A stretch of DNA of 64,000 nucleotides from Octopus sinensis (GCF_006345805.1 NC_042998.1:150102001-150166000); one strand, 5' to 3'; positions 1 to 11,869 are shown, counted from the stretch's first letter. Translations and numbers: made by a program. Notes: generated by a model not told the origin, from the sequence alone.

Positions 1-25
1 GTAAACCCATCTTTGCAAAATTTTA

Positions 26-63
<38 letters not shown>

Positions 64-253
64 GAAAATTAGAGGACACACTTTACCTCCTTTGTAATAT
101 GTTTCTCTTCCTCTCTCTATATATATGAAGTTTGAGAACAGAAATAACCAGCTAACTAAACAACCAACAGGGATATGGCTGTTATTAAATACACATACGC
201 ACACACAGACACAGACACAGACACACATACGCACACACACACACACACACACA

Positions 254-298
<45 letters not shown>

Positions 299-300
299 AC

Positions 301-1420
301 GCATCTTTTATTCTTACTGATTTCAGCCGGAGTCTGAGGCGATGTTGGAGCGCTTCCCTTTAAGTGTGATTGGTATTGTTTCTGGTGAAATAGTGAATTG
401 AACGGAGCTTATATTTGTATATCCGGCCACATGTGTGTTCATCTGGTTTCCACAGATAGAAATTTGTCCAAATGATTTTTTTAAAATCATCTACACCTAT
501 ACCTCTCAGGTTTCTGAGCTTGTTTGGCATTATGTTCAAAATTTGTGGTTCCTTGAAACCCAAGTTGTTGCAGTACGGGATCCGTATTCTAGATAGAGAA
601 GACGGGATCTTTGATACTAAGCAGTGCTATCCAGTCCAGTGGTTGGTATAGTTTTACTCTAAACCTTCCAGGATAATCTACATGTGTATCATTGTATAGC
701 TTCCGCGCTTCTCTCTAGCGAGTAGAGTTTCACTTCCTTTAGTCTTTCCCAGTAGCTCATGAGTTGCACTTTTTGTATAATGGTGTTGGATTCTCTCGAG
801 TTTCACCATCAGTTTAATGCTTTCTGTAGAAGTATTAATCTAGACTTCATAGGAGTAACATGGTGTCCTTTCTCCTGTTTATTTTTTCGTCTCAGAATCC
901 AACCAGCCTCTTCCCTGTATAGTGATGCCATCGTGGTAATATGCACATGGAATGTTGTACCATTACTCATGTGTATTCCCAGATCAGGCACCAACTCTGA
1001 TTCTGGGATTGCACGGCTCTCTGGTCTTGTGTTTTCCAATTGTAGTCTGTTTGTGGGCCGATACTGGAGTACTGGAATTTTTCAGCATTAAACTGCGTGC
1101 AATTTTCATCAGTCCATTTGAATATTGCATTTAGGTCATTTTGCCGTTTTAGTTTCTCACCAGGGACCTTGGCTGCCTGTGATACTTTTGTATCATCAGC
1201 ATAGCTGGTAAGAGTGGCTGATTGTATGGATGAAGGCATGTCTGAGAGAGCCACCACAAACAGTAGTGGTCCCAGTAACAGATCCCCGAGGGACTCCACC
1301 GAGAATTGATGTCTCCCCAGAGAGGGCACCATTGGTGGCAGCTGTCAAAAATTCCACATTTTGAAATGTCATGCAGCCACTTAGTTTCCCACAGTTTCTG
1401 ACGTATCACCCAATGATCAC
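301..1420 (-). mobile_element. Decayed 3' part of a CR1/L2-group LINE (RT and C-terminal region)
   Basis: ORF pieces LGPLLFVVALSDMP...YADDTKVS...FNAEKFQ (967-1332), DLGIHMSNGTTFHVHI...GWILRR (809-1039) and ILNIMPNKLRNLRGIGVDDFKK...PDE (360-563) follow the RT and post-RT order of CR1-group LINEs. Confidence 0.8.
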
Positions 1421-1527
1421 AGTATATATGCGTATATATGAGTGAGCATAAATTTAAAGCAGATATCTTTGAGGCATTATATATTAAACTCACGGATATA
1501 ATGCATTTTTAATAACTTACGTAAAAG

Positions 1528-1869
1528 TTACTTGCTTCAGGATTTAATATTTCTTTGTATTACATACAAAGAGAAACTGGCCGCTAGGTATGTACAAATG
1601 TGAATGTACCGGCATATGAGTATATATGTGTGTATGTGTGTATGTGTGTATGTGGGGGGAGTGCTTTCAATTATGTTTTCTAAAACTTTATCCATTTTCT
1701 TGTTATTCACTAGTAATGGAGTTATGTGGTAATGAATTATATTGGGCATAATTATGATAGGTATCAACGCTACCAACAAATATATTTCAAACATTATATG
1801 GCTCACATTGAATTAGATGCATATATATTGCTACTAGTTATATACGCCACCTTAACAAGTTTCATGTAT
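1528..1869. repeat. Left arm of a ~340-bp imperfect inverted repeat (partner 4792-5153)
   Basis: Read by eye as the reverse complement of 4792-5153, e.g. GGGCATAATTATGATAGGTATCAA vs TTGATACCTATCATAATTATGCCC. Confidence 0.9.
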
Positions 1870-1878
1870 GTGTGCGTG

Positions 1879-1915
<37 letters not shown>

Positions 1916-2106
1916 ATATATACATGCACGCATATATACATATATATATATACATATATATACTATATACATACTATATATATATACACATATATATAAG
2001 TACATATACATATATATATGATATATATGAATGTTTGTATAATTTATAATATATATCTATATATACACACGCACCCACACAGATATATATATGTGTGTGT
2101 TTGTGT

Positions 2107-2147
2107 ATAGGCATAGACGTGACTGTATGGTAAGAAGCTTGCTTCCC
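2107..2147 (+). mobile_element. 5' piece of a tRNA-derived SINE (family A), split by a Tx1-derivative insertion
   Basis: GGCATAGACGTGACTGTATGGTAAGAAGCTTGCTTCCC matches the heads of the other family A copies (23.2, 29.1, 35.4, 59.5 kb); the SINE resumes at 4268. Confidence 0.85.
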
Positions 2148-4267
2148 GCGCATGCGTGTTGTCAGTGTTGTTCATACCCCTGAATAGAAGTCGTCACGCT
2201 CGTTTGCAGCGGACGAAAATTGATTGTAAAAGAAGCTCAGCTGTAAGGTAAGACTTTAGATTGTTGGTGTCCAGTGGGGTTTGTTGTTTGCCATAATTAT
2301 TTTTGTCCTCATTTTGTCCATTATTATTTTGTCGTCCTCACTGGATTCTGAACTTTGGTCTGCCTGCAGATGAGTGAATAGTATTTCTCACTTAATTGTG
2401 AGGGGCGTATCTCGCTTCCAAAAACTTGTTCACTTTAAGTGAATAACTTTTCTTTTTAAAATTGTGAGAATTCATCGAAGAAACAACAACTTCTTTTACA
2501 AATTTTTGTGGAAGCTGTGTTTCAAGTTGTGGCATTTCGGGTTCAATTTGGATTACCAAATAGGCCTGGATTACCGAGTGGCCAGAATATTTTTTGCCTG
2601 CTGTGTTTTTTTTAACTATAGACTGTTTTCTTTCCTTCTTCAATCTTTTTTGTGACTTTCTTTTTATTGAACTGTTTTCTTTTTTTCTTCCTTCCTTTCT
2701 GTTGTGACTTTCTTTTGATTTCTTTCTTTTTCTTCTTTCTTTTTTTTGAATTTTTATCTGAACTGTTTTTGGACATTTTATTTTTTAAAAAAACATGGCA
2801 GAGAACAAGGACAATGTTCTGGAGTGGGAAATTGTCCCATCCAAACAGTTGTTGAAAGACTGTGAAGAGAGGACGGTGGTGTTGAGGACTTACTCCAAGT
2901 CGCTCGACACAATCGCCCTATTTTAAAAGATTGCTATCGAAAGGGAATAGGCAGAGTATCTGCCAACTATTAAATTCATCTCAAATGGGGTCAAATATGC
3001 AATGTTGTGGTTGCTATTTGACACCCCTGAGGAGGCTCGAAAATTTGCGAGCCAGCAATGGAGGGCAGAGAGATTTTGTTTCTTCATACGTATTGTGGGA
3101 GGAAGTTGACGAGGGTGTGGGTCTGTGGTTTGCCACCCGGAATAGAACCCGAGTAGATAGAGGAGACTATCCGCCGAGGTCTGGGACGCAGCAGAGCCAA
3201 GCTCCTTAATGGGAAATTTTGCCTGCGGCTGATTGGGTTGGGTCAAAATCTGTTTTGAACCTGTGGACCCAATCAGCCAAGAATCTGGTATTTCCAGATT
3301 TTTTTTAAATGGCCGGGTGCAGGTACCCGGTGATTCTTGAGGGTCGCCCCCCCCCCCCCCAAGTGTCATCGATGCCTGGAACCTGGCCATATAAAGAAAA
3401 ACTGCCACCAGGAACAAAGTAAGGTCCGGTAGCAGTTGGTTGAGTCCTCTGTAGAAGAGGGAACGAAGACGGCCGAGGAGGCGGAGAACTCCTCAAAGAA
3501 GGGCTGCAAGAGGAAGAAGGTGAGCAACAACGAGTGTTCACCGAAGGGTTCTAGGGATGAGGGAAGGGAGGCAAATCTCCCGGTCACGGAGGAGACGCAC
3601 TCTCCTTCAGGTGAGAAGAAAAAAATAGGAAGAGGAAGAGAAACTGGGCATTGTCGGCAGTCGGTGACATAGTACCGGAATGTCCCGGAACCTCGTAGGT
3701 GGAGTTGTGTCACCGACAAGGAAAGAGACACCGTCGGTGGGAATTAGTAGAGAGGTGGAGAAGGTGTTGGAAAAACACCATAATAGATTAGCCTGCACAC
3801 GGGATCCCGAATGGCCTCCGCAAATAGCTACGGAGGTCATAACGTTGCCCGTGTTGTGTTGGCTGGAGGGATTCAATGAGGAATATTGCTTGTGGCCGGG
3901 CGACGCCGACACGGCATCCGCTTTGTGTTTGAATGAAGCGTGGGTGATGGCGGAGGATGGGTCACAAGCGATGTTGGGGAGGAATATGGACAAGAGGTGG
4001 AAAAGCATCTGTCTTATTAAAAGTTCCTAGTTGGGGAAAAAAGGTAAGAGGCTTAGTGCCTCATTTTGTTATTGAATTGTGAAGAGTGTAAGAGGTTTGT
4101 TGCCACATGAATAATATAAGAGATCAATGTTCTCGCGAAAGAACGAACGGCGGGCGTCACTGTTTCCCCCATTAATCTTCATTTTCATTTCATATAACAT
4201 TATGTCTATGTCCAGCCCGCTGATCCCTTTCTCTATGTAAGGCCTTTATGGCCAGTATAATGAAATA
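2148..4267 (+). mobile_element. Non-autonomous Tx1/L1-clade element, ORF1 only (no endonuclease or RT), with a 16-bp TSD
   Basis: TSD AAGAAGCTTGCTTCCC at 2132-2147 and 4268-4283. Decayed ORF1 starts at ATG 2795 (MAENKDNV..., FDTPEEARKF, YCGRKLTRVWVCGLPPGI, VILEGRPP, zinc knuckle CHRCLEPGHIKKNC). The 3' end carries ATAATGAAATAAAG. Confidence 0.85.
2795..4030 (+). pseudogene. Decayed Tx1-type ORF1 (RRM-like region plus CCHC knuckle)
   Basis: Motifs align by eye with ORF1 of the 53-59 kb Tx1 element (YLGQKVTKVIISGVP; VVVEGR..CGSEAHLKKEC); several stops and frameshifts. Confidence 0.75.
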
Positions 4268-4698
4268 AAGAAGCTTGCTTCCCAACCATATGGTTCCGGG
4301 CTCAATACCACCGCGTGGCACCTTGGAGTAGTGCCTTCTACTATAGTCTCGAGACGAACAAAGCTTTGTGAGCGGATTTGGTTGACGGAAATTGAAAGAA
4401 GCCCATCATATATGTATGTGTGTGGGGGGGGGGGCGTGTACACATATATATATATGTATGTGTCTATATGTAAATATATATATATATATATATAGATGGA
4501 GCTTGCTTACCAACCACATGGTTCCGGGTTCAGTCCCACTGCGTGGCACCTTGGGCAAGTGTCTTCTACTATAGAAACCGATAGAATAAGTACTAGGCTT
4601 AGAAAGAATAAGTCCTGAGGTCGATTTGCTCGACTAAAGGCGGTGCTCCAGCATGGCTGCAGTCAAATGACTGAAACAAGTTAAAGAGAAAGAGAAAG

Positions 4699-4700
<2 letters not shown>
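4268..4700 (+). mobile_element. Remainder of the split family A SINE plus a second, internally deleted family A copy (4497-4700)
   Basis: CCAACCAYATGGTTCCGGG..CCACYGCGTGGCACCTTGG heads and the tail CCGATAGAATAAGTACTAGG...GACTGAAACAAG. Confidence 0.85.
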
Positions 4701-4765
<65 letters not shown>

Positions 4766-4791
4766 AGATAGATAGATAGATAGATAGATAG

Positions 4792-4984
4792 ATACATGAA
4801 ACTTCAGGTGGCGTACATAAACAGTAGCAATATACATGCATCTAATGTGAGCCATATTCTTGAAATAAATTTGTTGGTAGCATTGATACCTATCATAATT
4901 ATGCCCAATATAATTCATTACTACATTACTAGTGTATGGCATCAAGATAATAAAGTTCTAGAAAATATAATTAAACGCATACAG

Positions 4985-5067
<83 letters not shown>

Positions 5068-5153
5068 TGCAGGTACATTCACATTTTTATATACCTAGCG
5101 ACCAGTTTCTCTTTGTATGTAATAAAAGGAAATATTAAATCCTAAAGTAAGTA
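4792..5153. repeat. Right arm of the inverted repeat (partner 1528-1869), with an expanded (CA)n
   Basis: Reverse complement of 1528-1869. Confidence 0.9.
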
Positions 5154-5683
5154 GAAATCTTCGATGATCTGCTGCCGTAGGGAACTTGCTGTAGGGACCT
5201 TACCTCCTTTGTCAGTCATTAAGATAGCTCCTTCTGGGGTTATTGAATAGTTTTGACTCTTATTTCTAGCAATACTGGTGCTGATTAGTGCCCTTTGTCA
5301 CTACATACATACATACATACATTCCAAAAGAGGTGGAAATAGTGCTATACACGGCAAGCATTTTAAGTGCTTTATGTAAGAAAAAACACAAAAAATTTAA
5401 CTTAATGAAACCTAGAAGTGATTATCTCCACTTTAATGGTAAATTCACCATCAGTATACACACACACACACACATGTATGTATGTATGTATGTATGTATT
5501 TGTGTATTTATATACATGCGAACAGGATTTCAATGCGAGCTAGTATGAGTTTTATGCCTCTACCATTACAATGGGCGGACGAGCATGAAGAGCGTGCCGT
5601 GTATTTTCAGGCAATCATTCAGGCTCAAGATACAACATGGCTAATCTCTGGAGAAAAAGGGAAAAAAAATGAAAGAAAAAGTT

Positions 5684-5975
5684 TACCCTCTTCCCCCAAA
5701 ATTGCTGACCTTACTTTGTGCCAAAAATTTGAAACCAATATTATATATTAGTGTTAGGGCGTCGAGCTGGCAGAATCGTTAGCACGCCGGGCAAAATGTT
5801 GAGCGACTTTTCGGCAGTCTTTACGTTCTGAGTTCAAATTCCGCTGAGGTCGACTTTGCCTTTCATCCTTTCGAGGTTGATAAATTAAGTACCAGTTATG
5901 CACTGGGGTTTATATAATCGACTTGCTCCACCTCCGAAAATGATGGGCCTTGTGCCAAAATTTGAAACCAATATT
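5684..5975 (+). mobile_element. tRNA-derived SINE family B: full copy 5756-5975 preceded by the 3' end of another copy
   Basis: GAGCTGGCAGAATCGTTAGC (A-box-like) and GAGTTCAAATTCC (B-box-like); tail GTGCCAAAATTTGAAACCAATATT occurs twice; homologous copies at 36.7 and 40.3 kb. Confidence 0.85.
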
Positions 5976-6019
5976 ACATGTTAGTGTGTTATTGTAAGTC
6001 AACAAATACGCTGACAGAC

Positions 6020-6310
6020 AGGAACCACTCCTTGCTCAGTTAAAAAAAAGACGGAAGCTTGCCTGGTATGGTCATGTATCCCACCACAACTCCGTGTCCA
6101 AAACCATTTTTGAAGGCACATTTGAGGGAAGGCGAAAAGGTAGCAAACAGAGAAAATCCTGTTTTGACATCAAGGACTGGCAGGTGACCACACAGCGAAC
6201 TTGTTAAACATGATTGAGAACAGAAACCAGTGGCGACGGCTGACAACGAAAGCCTCTAGAGTGGTACACCAATGAATGGCTGCATCGGTTACAGGATCTT
6301 TATGATGTGT
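6020..6310 (+). mobile_element. 3' fragment of an RTE-clade LINE
   Basis: Manual translation EPLLAQLKKRRKLAWYGHV...KTIFEGTFEGRRKGSKQRK matches the RTE C-terminal pattern KRRKLxWxGHV...GxRxRGR. Confidence 0.7.
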
Positions 6311-6428
6311 TATTGTATGCTTGCATGCATGATTGTGCTTATATTTATATGAGTATGATTGCACGTCCACGAGGATGCGTAAGATGTGATTCTTGGTCAT
6401 CAGTTTGTTCTAACTACAAACACTATAT

Positions 6429-6523
6429 TTATCCCCACTTAAACGTGGGTATTATTTTAGAGTAAATTTTAGAACAAACTTTTTTTCTGTTCTAACAGAA
6501 CATCCACGTTTAAGTGGGGATAA
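6429..6523. repeat. Perfect 20-bp inverted repeat around a 55-bp spacer
   Basis: TTATCCCCACTTAAACGTGG (6429-6448) and CCACGTTTAAGTGGGGATAA (6504-6523). Confidence 0.9.
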
Positions 6524-7142
6524 GTATTACCTCTCAGTATTAATACAACCCCTGTCGCTATTAGATGTTCTTTACTATACTGAGATCTTATGTTAGTTGC
6601 TTAGTCTCATGTTAGACATAACGCTGCGGGGAATCCTATATTTTTATTGATATTTTGGATAACTGTATCTCGTATGGTCTTACTGCATGAAAATGATATC
6701 GCGTAGTTTAATAACTGCAAAGTTCTAATTCCTGGAAGGTAAAGGGACAATGTACAGAAGAACCAGAGGCGAAATAAGTCTATAAGACCCTATAAGGACG
6801 TGCAGTAGTATAAAGTGCACTTTTTTGTACCAGGGGCGAATTAAAAGCCTCTAAGAACCGACAGAGATGTATGAGAAATATTGAACCGACCATTCTGTGA
6901 ATTGAACTATATGGAACTTATATTAGTTTTGACCCCAAAGCTAAACTGTTCTGAACATATGGGTTTTCAGCGAGCGTATTGTGTGTGAGTGTCTTAATAG
7001 TATAATATATTATATCGTATATGTATATGTATGTGTGTGTGTGTGTGTGGGTGCGGGTACGTAAGCATGTATGTATGTACATATATATATATATATATAT
7101 AGGTGTGTGTGTATGTATATACATACTTATATTTATATCTAT

Positions 7143-7558
7143 CATGGTCTCAAAAATTTGTCCTATGAGGAAAGGCTGAGGACGCTCGACCTTTATTCTC
7201 TAGAAAAACGCCGCCGCCGTGGTGATCTCATTCTCGCCCACAACATCATAAGCGGAAAGTGTAACCTCTCGAAAGAGCTGTTCTTCACTCCTGCTCCAGA
7301 GCGTCGGCTGCGGGGTCATTCCGAAAAGCTCTACCTGCGACGATTTCATCTCAATCGAAGGAGAGGAGCTTTCTCCGTCCGGGTTGCGGATCCGTGGAAC
7401 AAGCTGTCAGACGAGATGGTGAAGATGCCGACGACCGCTTTGTTCAAAGCCTCCCTTGACCTCAAGTGGCCTGAACTCTTACATGAACACCACCCTGTAC
7501 TTAACTCCATGTCCCCCTACATGGCCTTGCTATTTGCTTTTGAGCCAAATAACTAACT

Positions 7559-7560
<2 letters not shown>
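7143..7560 (+). mobile_element. 5'-truncated CR1-clade LINE (ORF2 C-terminus and 3' end) between (TA)n tracts
   Basis: LSYEERLRTLDLYSLEKRRRRGDLI...LRGHSEKL...FSVRVADPWNKL is the typical CR1 C-terminus; ends in a TAACTAACTAA tail. Confidence 0.9.
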
Positions 7561-7608
<48 letters not shown>

Positions 7609-7615
7609 TTTATAT

Positions 7616-8131
7616 ATCGTAACATATAATTGCCAACAATTGTGGCGTCCTACACGGAACATTGCTACTGACGTTTATAGCCCCAGGATGACATCTTCTC
7701 TAGCTGGCTAACGACACACATTCTGTGTCCGATTAATATTTGTGAGGTGAGATTATCGCTAGCATCCCTAGCCTTACGTGATACACACGGACTTGAGTTT
7801 CTGGGTGGTTTCTCGTCCTCAGTGTGTGTTTATCACCAGCAAGTGATGGAAATTCACTCCACTCGCAAAACACTATATGCTTTTACCAGCGACGAACCGT
7901 CGCTGATCACGAAAAAGGAGAAATAAGCTATATTAAATCTCTGATCGAGATCGATTCTGTGTGTATCACGTAAGGCTAGGGATGGGAGCGATGATCTCCC
8001 CTCACAAATATTAATCGCACACAGAATGTGTGTCGTTAACTAGCTGGAAGAGATGTCTTCTGGGGCTATAAACTTCAGTAGCACTGTCCCGTGTAAGACG
8101 CCACACTTACTTGGCAATTGTATGTTACGAT
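7616..8131. mobile_element. Foldback/MITE-like element with ~170-bp imperfect inverted arms
   Basis: 7616-7788 is the reverse complement of 7959-8131; internal hairpin CAGCGACG-AAC-CGTCGCTG. Confidence 0.8.
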
Positions 8132-8185
8132 TCCGTATTGCTATTGTTTACATCTCGCTCAGAGATATAAATTAGTGTGTGTGTG

Positions 8186-8227
<42 letters not shown>

Positions 8228-8237
8228 GAGTAATGGC

Positions 8238-8797
8238 TAAAGCACTGTTTACGTATACTCACAATTTAGGTTACTTGAAGCATATCTGTCATATATTTCA
8301 ACTGCTAAAGGCAAATACACTGCAGTTAGCATGGAGAAAAAATCTCTCATGGTAAAAAAGTGTGAAAAGTTCGTTCAATGTCGCTCAACGGTACCTGCAG
8401 TGTATTTGCCTTTAGCAGCTGAAATATGTGACAAACATGTTTCAACTAACCTAAATTATGATTATACGTAAACACTGCTTTATTTATTCGATAGTTTTCT
8501 TGATCGGGCGATCTATTAGCGCAAATCAGTCAATATGTTGGCTGAATTACATACAAAACTATAAGCTTTATTCATTTCGTTCAGAGTTGCCTATCTTAGG
8601 TACATCTCATCGACAAGAGTCAATAATCTCGAAACATCAATGTCTAAGATTCCCGAGAGATTGTGGCACTCAACGACTGGGTGTTTTCACACATTTTTTA
8701 CCATAAGAGAGACTTTTCTCCACGGTAACTGCAGTGTATTTGCCTTTAGCAGTTGAAATATGTGACAAACATGTTTCAACTAGCCAAAATTGTGAAT
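8238..8797. repeat. Nested inverted repeat: one left arm and two right-arm copies
   Basis: TTTCAACTGCTAAAGGCAAATACACTGCAG (~8306-8336) is inverted at ~8395-8425 and again at ~8729-8758. Confidence 0.85.
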
Positions 8798-8839
8798 ATA
8801 TATATACATACATATGCATATATTTGTATACACACATAT

Positions 8840-9095
8840 ACAGGGTTAAGAAATTTAGTTCTCAACTACATGGTTACGGCTTCATTTCCACTGCGTGGCA
8901 CTTTGAGTGTCTTCTGCTGTATCCCGGGGCTAACAAAAGCTTTGTAACTGGAAACTAGAAAAAATCTGTTGTACATATGTATGTGTGTGTATATTACTGT
9001 CACTTTGTCTCGAGATCACGTGATAGTTGTAAACGAGAGTCGTGTGCATCGTTTCAAATCATCTGTGAAAAACATGTCCAGTCACAGAGAAATAT
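8840..9095 (+). mobile_element. Diverged family A-like SINE with a different 3' part
   Basis: CAACTACATGGTT..CCACTGCGTGGCACTTTG head resembles family A. Confidence 0.6.
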
Positions 9096-9205
9096 TATGA
9101 CCGACAGGAAAAGACTCCGAGTATGATAAATTAGACGTAAAATGATGATGATGATGATGTAGTTACATGTGTGTGTGTGTGTGTGTGCACGCGCAGTACA
9201 CACAT

Positions 9206-9254
<49 letters not shown>

Positions 9255-9737
9255 GATGTGGTTAAGATTTAAGTAAATTAACAAAGAGAACATAAGATGG
9301 AATTAAGTCGACAAGGTCACCTACGGGAATTGAACCAAGTATGTTGCGAATATCTTTCGACTGTGATAGCATTTACACCTAAGCGGCCCACCAAATCCTA
9401 TCATCGAACTGAACCCGAGTAAAAATCCCTCTCAGCACCAATTATCATCATGTTTATCTTCATTTGTATCACAAACTTTATTCATTGTGACTCGCTAGCA
9501 ATTGCCGTTAATTAATGTTTTTTATTGATATTTTTGTTTTTGTTTTTTACTTCAGCAAGTAAACAAATTTCAATTTATTAAATTTTTTGTGTTTACAATC
9601 CTTCCCTACATTACCACTGATATCGATTTCATAAATGCAGGACATTGTCTTAACTCAGTTATCTCCCTTAGCTCATTTAAAAAAAAATTTAATATTACTA
9701 TAAAAGAAATAAAAAACATCTCTTAAACTGTCTTCAG

Positions 9738-9845
9738 ATGAGTCGTGGTTCACAGAATATAGTATAACGATGTGTCTACGTACGACCTGCTGCAGTTCCT
9801 GGTTTGGCAATGTTACAACCATTACCGTTTTTACCTCGGTGCCAA
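9738..9845 (+). pseudogene. Candidate 108-bp exon or relic encoding an FN3-like C-terminal half
   Basis: TCTTCAG acceptor, GTGAGT donor, phase 1-1, open frame ESWFTEYSITMCLRTTCCSSWFGNVTTITVFTSVP. FN3 resemblance judged by eye only. Confidence 0.3.
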
Positions 9846-10060
9846 GTGAGTAAGATCGAAAGCATCCTAATCAATAAGAATTGTGTATGTCCAAGTCTAA
9901 CAGGTAGATGTACATCACGTGGTTGATCTACAAGCCACTAACTCCACTTTGAGAATATATTCAATAACTAACGAAATCCCTAAAGATGATGATAGAATTC
10001 TTGGATTCAATGATAGTAAACCCTGTTTTCGGAGAGATCCATCAATATCTTTGTGAAGTG

Positions 10061-10640
10061 AGAAATGGTCGGATTACGTATCGGTGTAGTAAAATAGATT
10101 ATTGGATTAATCCATCGTAGAGCAATGGTAGTCAGAAATGGTCGGATTACGTAACGGTTTGGAATATCGGATCAGTGAATTGACCCCTCGTAGAGGGATG
10201 GATAGTTAGAAATAGTTGGATTACGTATCGATGCTGAATATAGGATTATTGTATTAATCCACCGTAGAGGCGTGAGTAGTAAAAAAAAAGTCGGATTACC
10301 TATCGTTGGTGCGTAGCAGATTAGTGAATTAATCCATCGGAGAGAGATGAGCAGTTAGAAATGACCAGATTGTGTATTAAAGTTCAATAGTGGATTAGCT
10401 CATTAATCCATCGTAGAGGGATGAGAAGTAAAAAAGAAAAGCCCGATTACGTTTCAGTATTGAGTAACGGATTAGTGAATTAGTCCATCGGAGAGAGATG
10501 GGTTGATAGAAATGGTCGCAATACGTATCAATGTTGAATAGCAGATTAGTAAATTTATCCATCGTAGAGAGATGAGTAGTAAGAAATGGTTGGATTATGT
10601 ACTGGTGTTGAATAGAAGATTAGTGAATTAATCCAACGTA
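10061..10640. repeat. Minisatellite of ~73-75 bp, about 8 diverged units
   Basis: Recurring AGAAATGGTCGGATTACGTA...GATTAGTGAATTAATCCATCGTAGAG; unit starts at 10061, 10134, 10208 and onward. Confidence 0.9.
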
Positions 10641-11071
10641 GATAATTCAGAGAGAGTAGAGATGTCCCATATATTGATTTCATTCCTAGAAGTCTGGTCT
10701 TTTACGCTCACGCATACATTGCGACGATTTTAACCACTGTAGGTGGTAGTGGTTCCAGGTCTGACAATTCTACCAATTCTTACGAAACAATAAACATTAA
10801 CCAGAAACAACCAACACACGGTTTCCGTCTGCTGTCAAATTTAAGACGGCATCGTGTCCAGAAAGTAACATAATACAAGCACCACCACCGCTACCGCCGC
10901 CGCCACCACTACTGCTTCCGCTACCACCTACAACTATTTCCACCACCATTACCACCAATACTACCACCACCACAAGAAACATCACACCATTATCACAACG
11001 ACGGCCAATATCACTCCCCCACACTGCTTTTCCTCTTCGTGATCATCATCATTCGTATATACATACATATA

Positions 11072-11161
<90 letters not shown>

Positions 11162-11367
11162 CGTGTATATATATATACTAATATGTTCGCACATATTTAC
11201 TAATCCATATCTATTTGTCAATATATACGACCTTATGTGCATTAACAAGTGTGTGTGTGTGTGTGTGTTTAAGCATACAAGTATACATATACATATGAAA
11301 ATGGGCGTAACTACATGAATGCAAACCGAATATAAACATACATGCATATATGTATTTATATACGACC

Positions 11368-11398
<31 letters not shown>

Positions 11399-11562
11399 AC
11401 ATTCGCACACACATACACTCACGAATATATATATATATACATACGCTAATCAGTGCATTGATACGTATATAAACGCAAACATTCATGCCAACAAAGGTTA
11501 ATGCACGCAGACATTCAGACATAAATTTCTCTATGCAAACAATATTACGTCCATAAAGTGGT

Positions 11563-11619
<57 letters not shown>

Positions 11620-11640
11620 TACACACATACATACATACAC

Positions 11641-11752
<112 letters not shown>

Positions 11753-11869
11753 TTGTTTGGTGAGACCCTGCATCCCCGTTGTTCAATGACTGAAAGAAAA
11801 ACATATACATACATACATACTACATACATACATACATACATACATACATACATACATACATACATGCAT

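Noticed and set aside
10061-10640. Regular repeats resembling a CRISPR array or an LRR-coding repeat
   Set aside because: Whole units are homologous with no unique spacers, the context is eukaryotic, and the period is not a stable multiple of 3.
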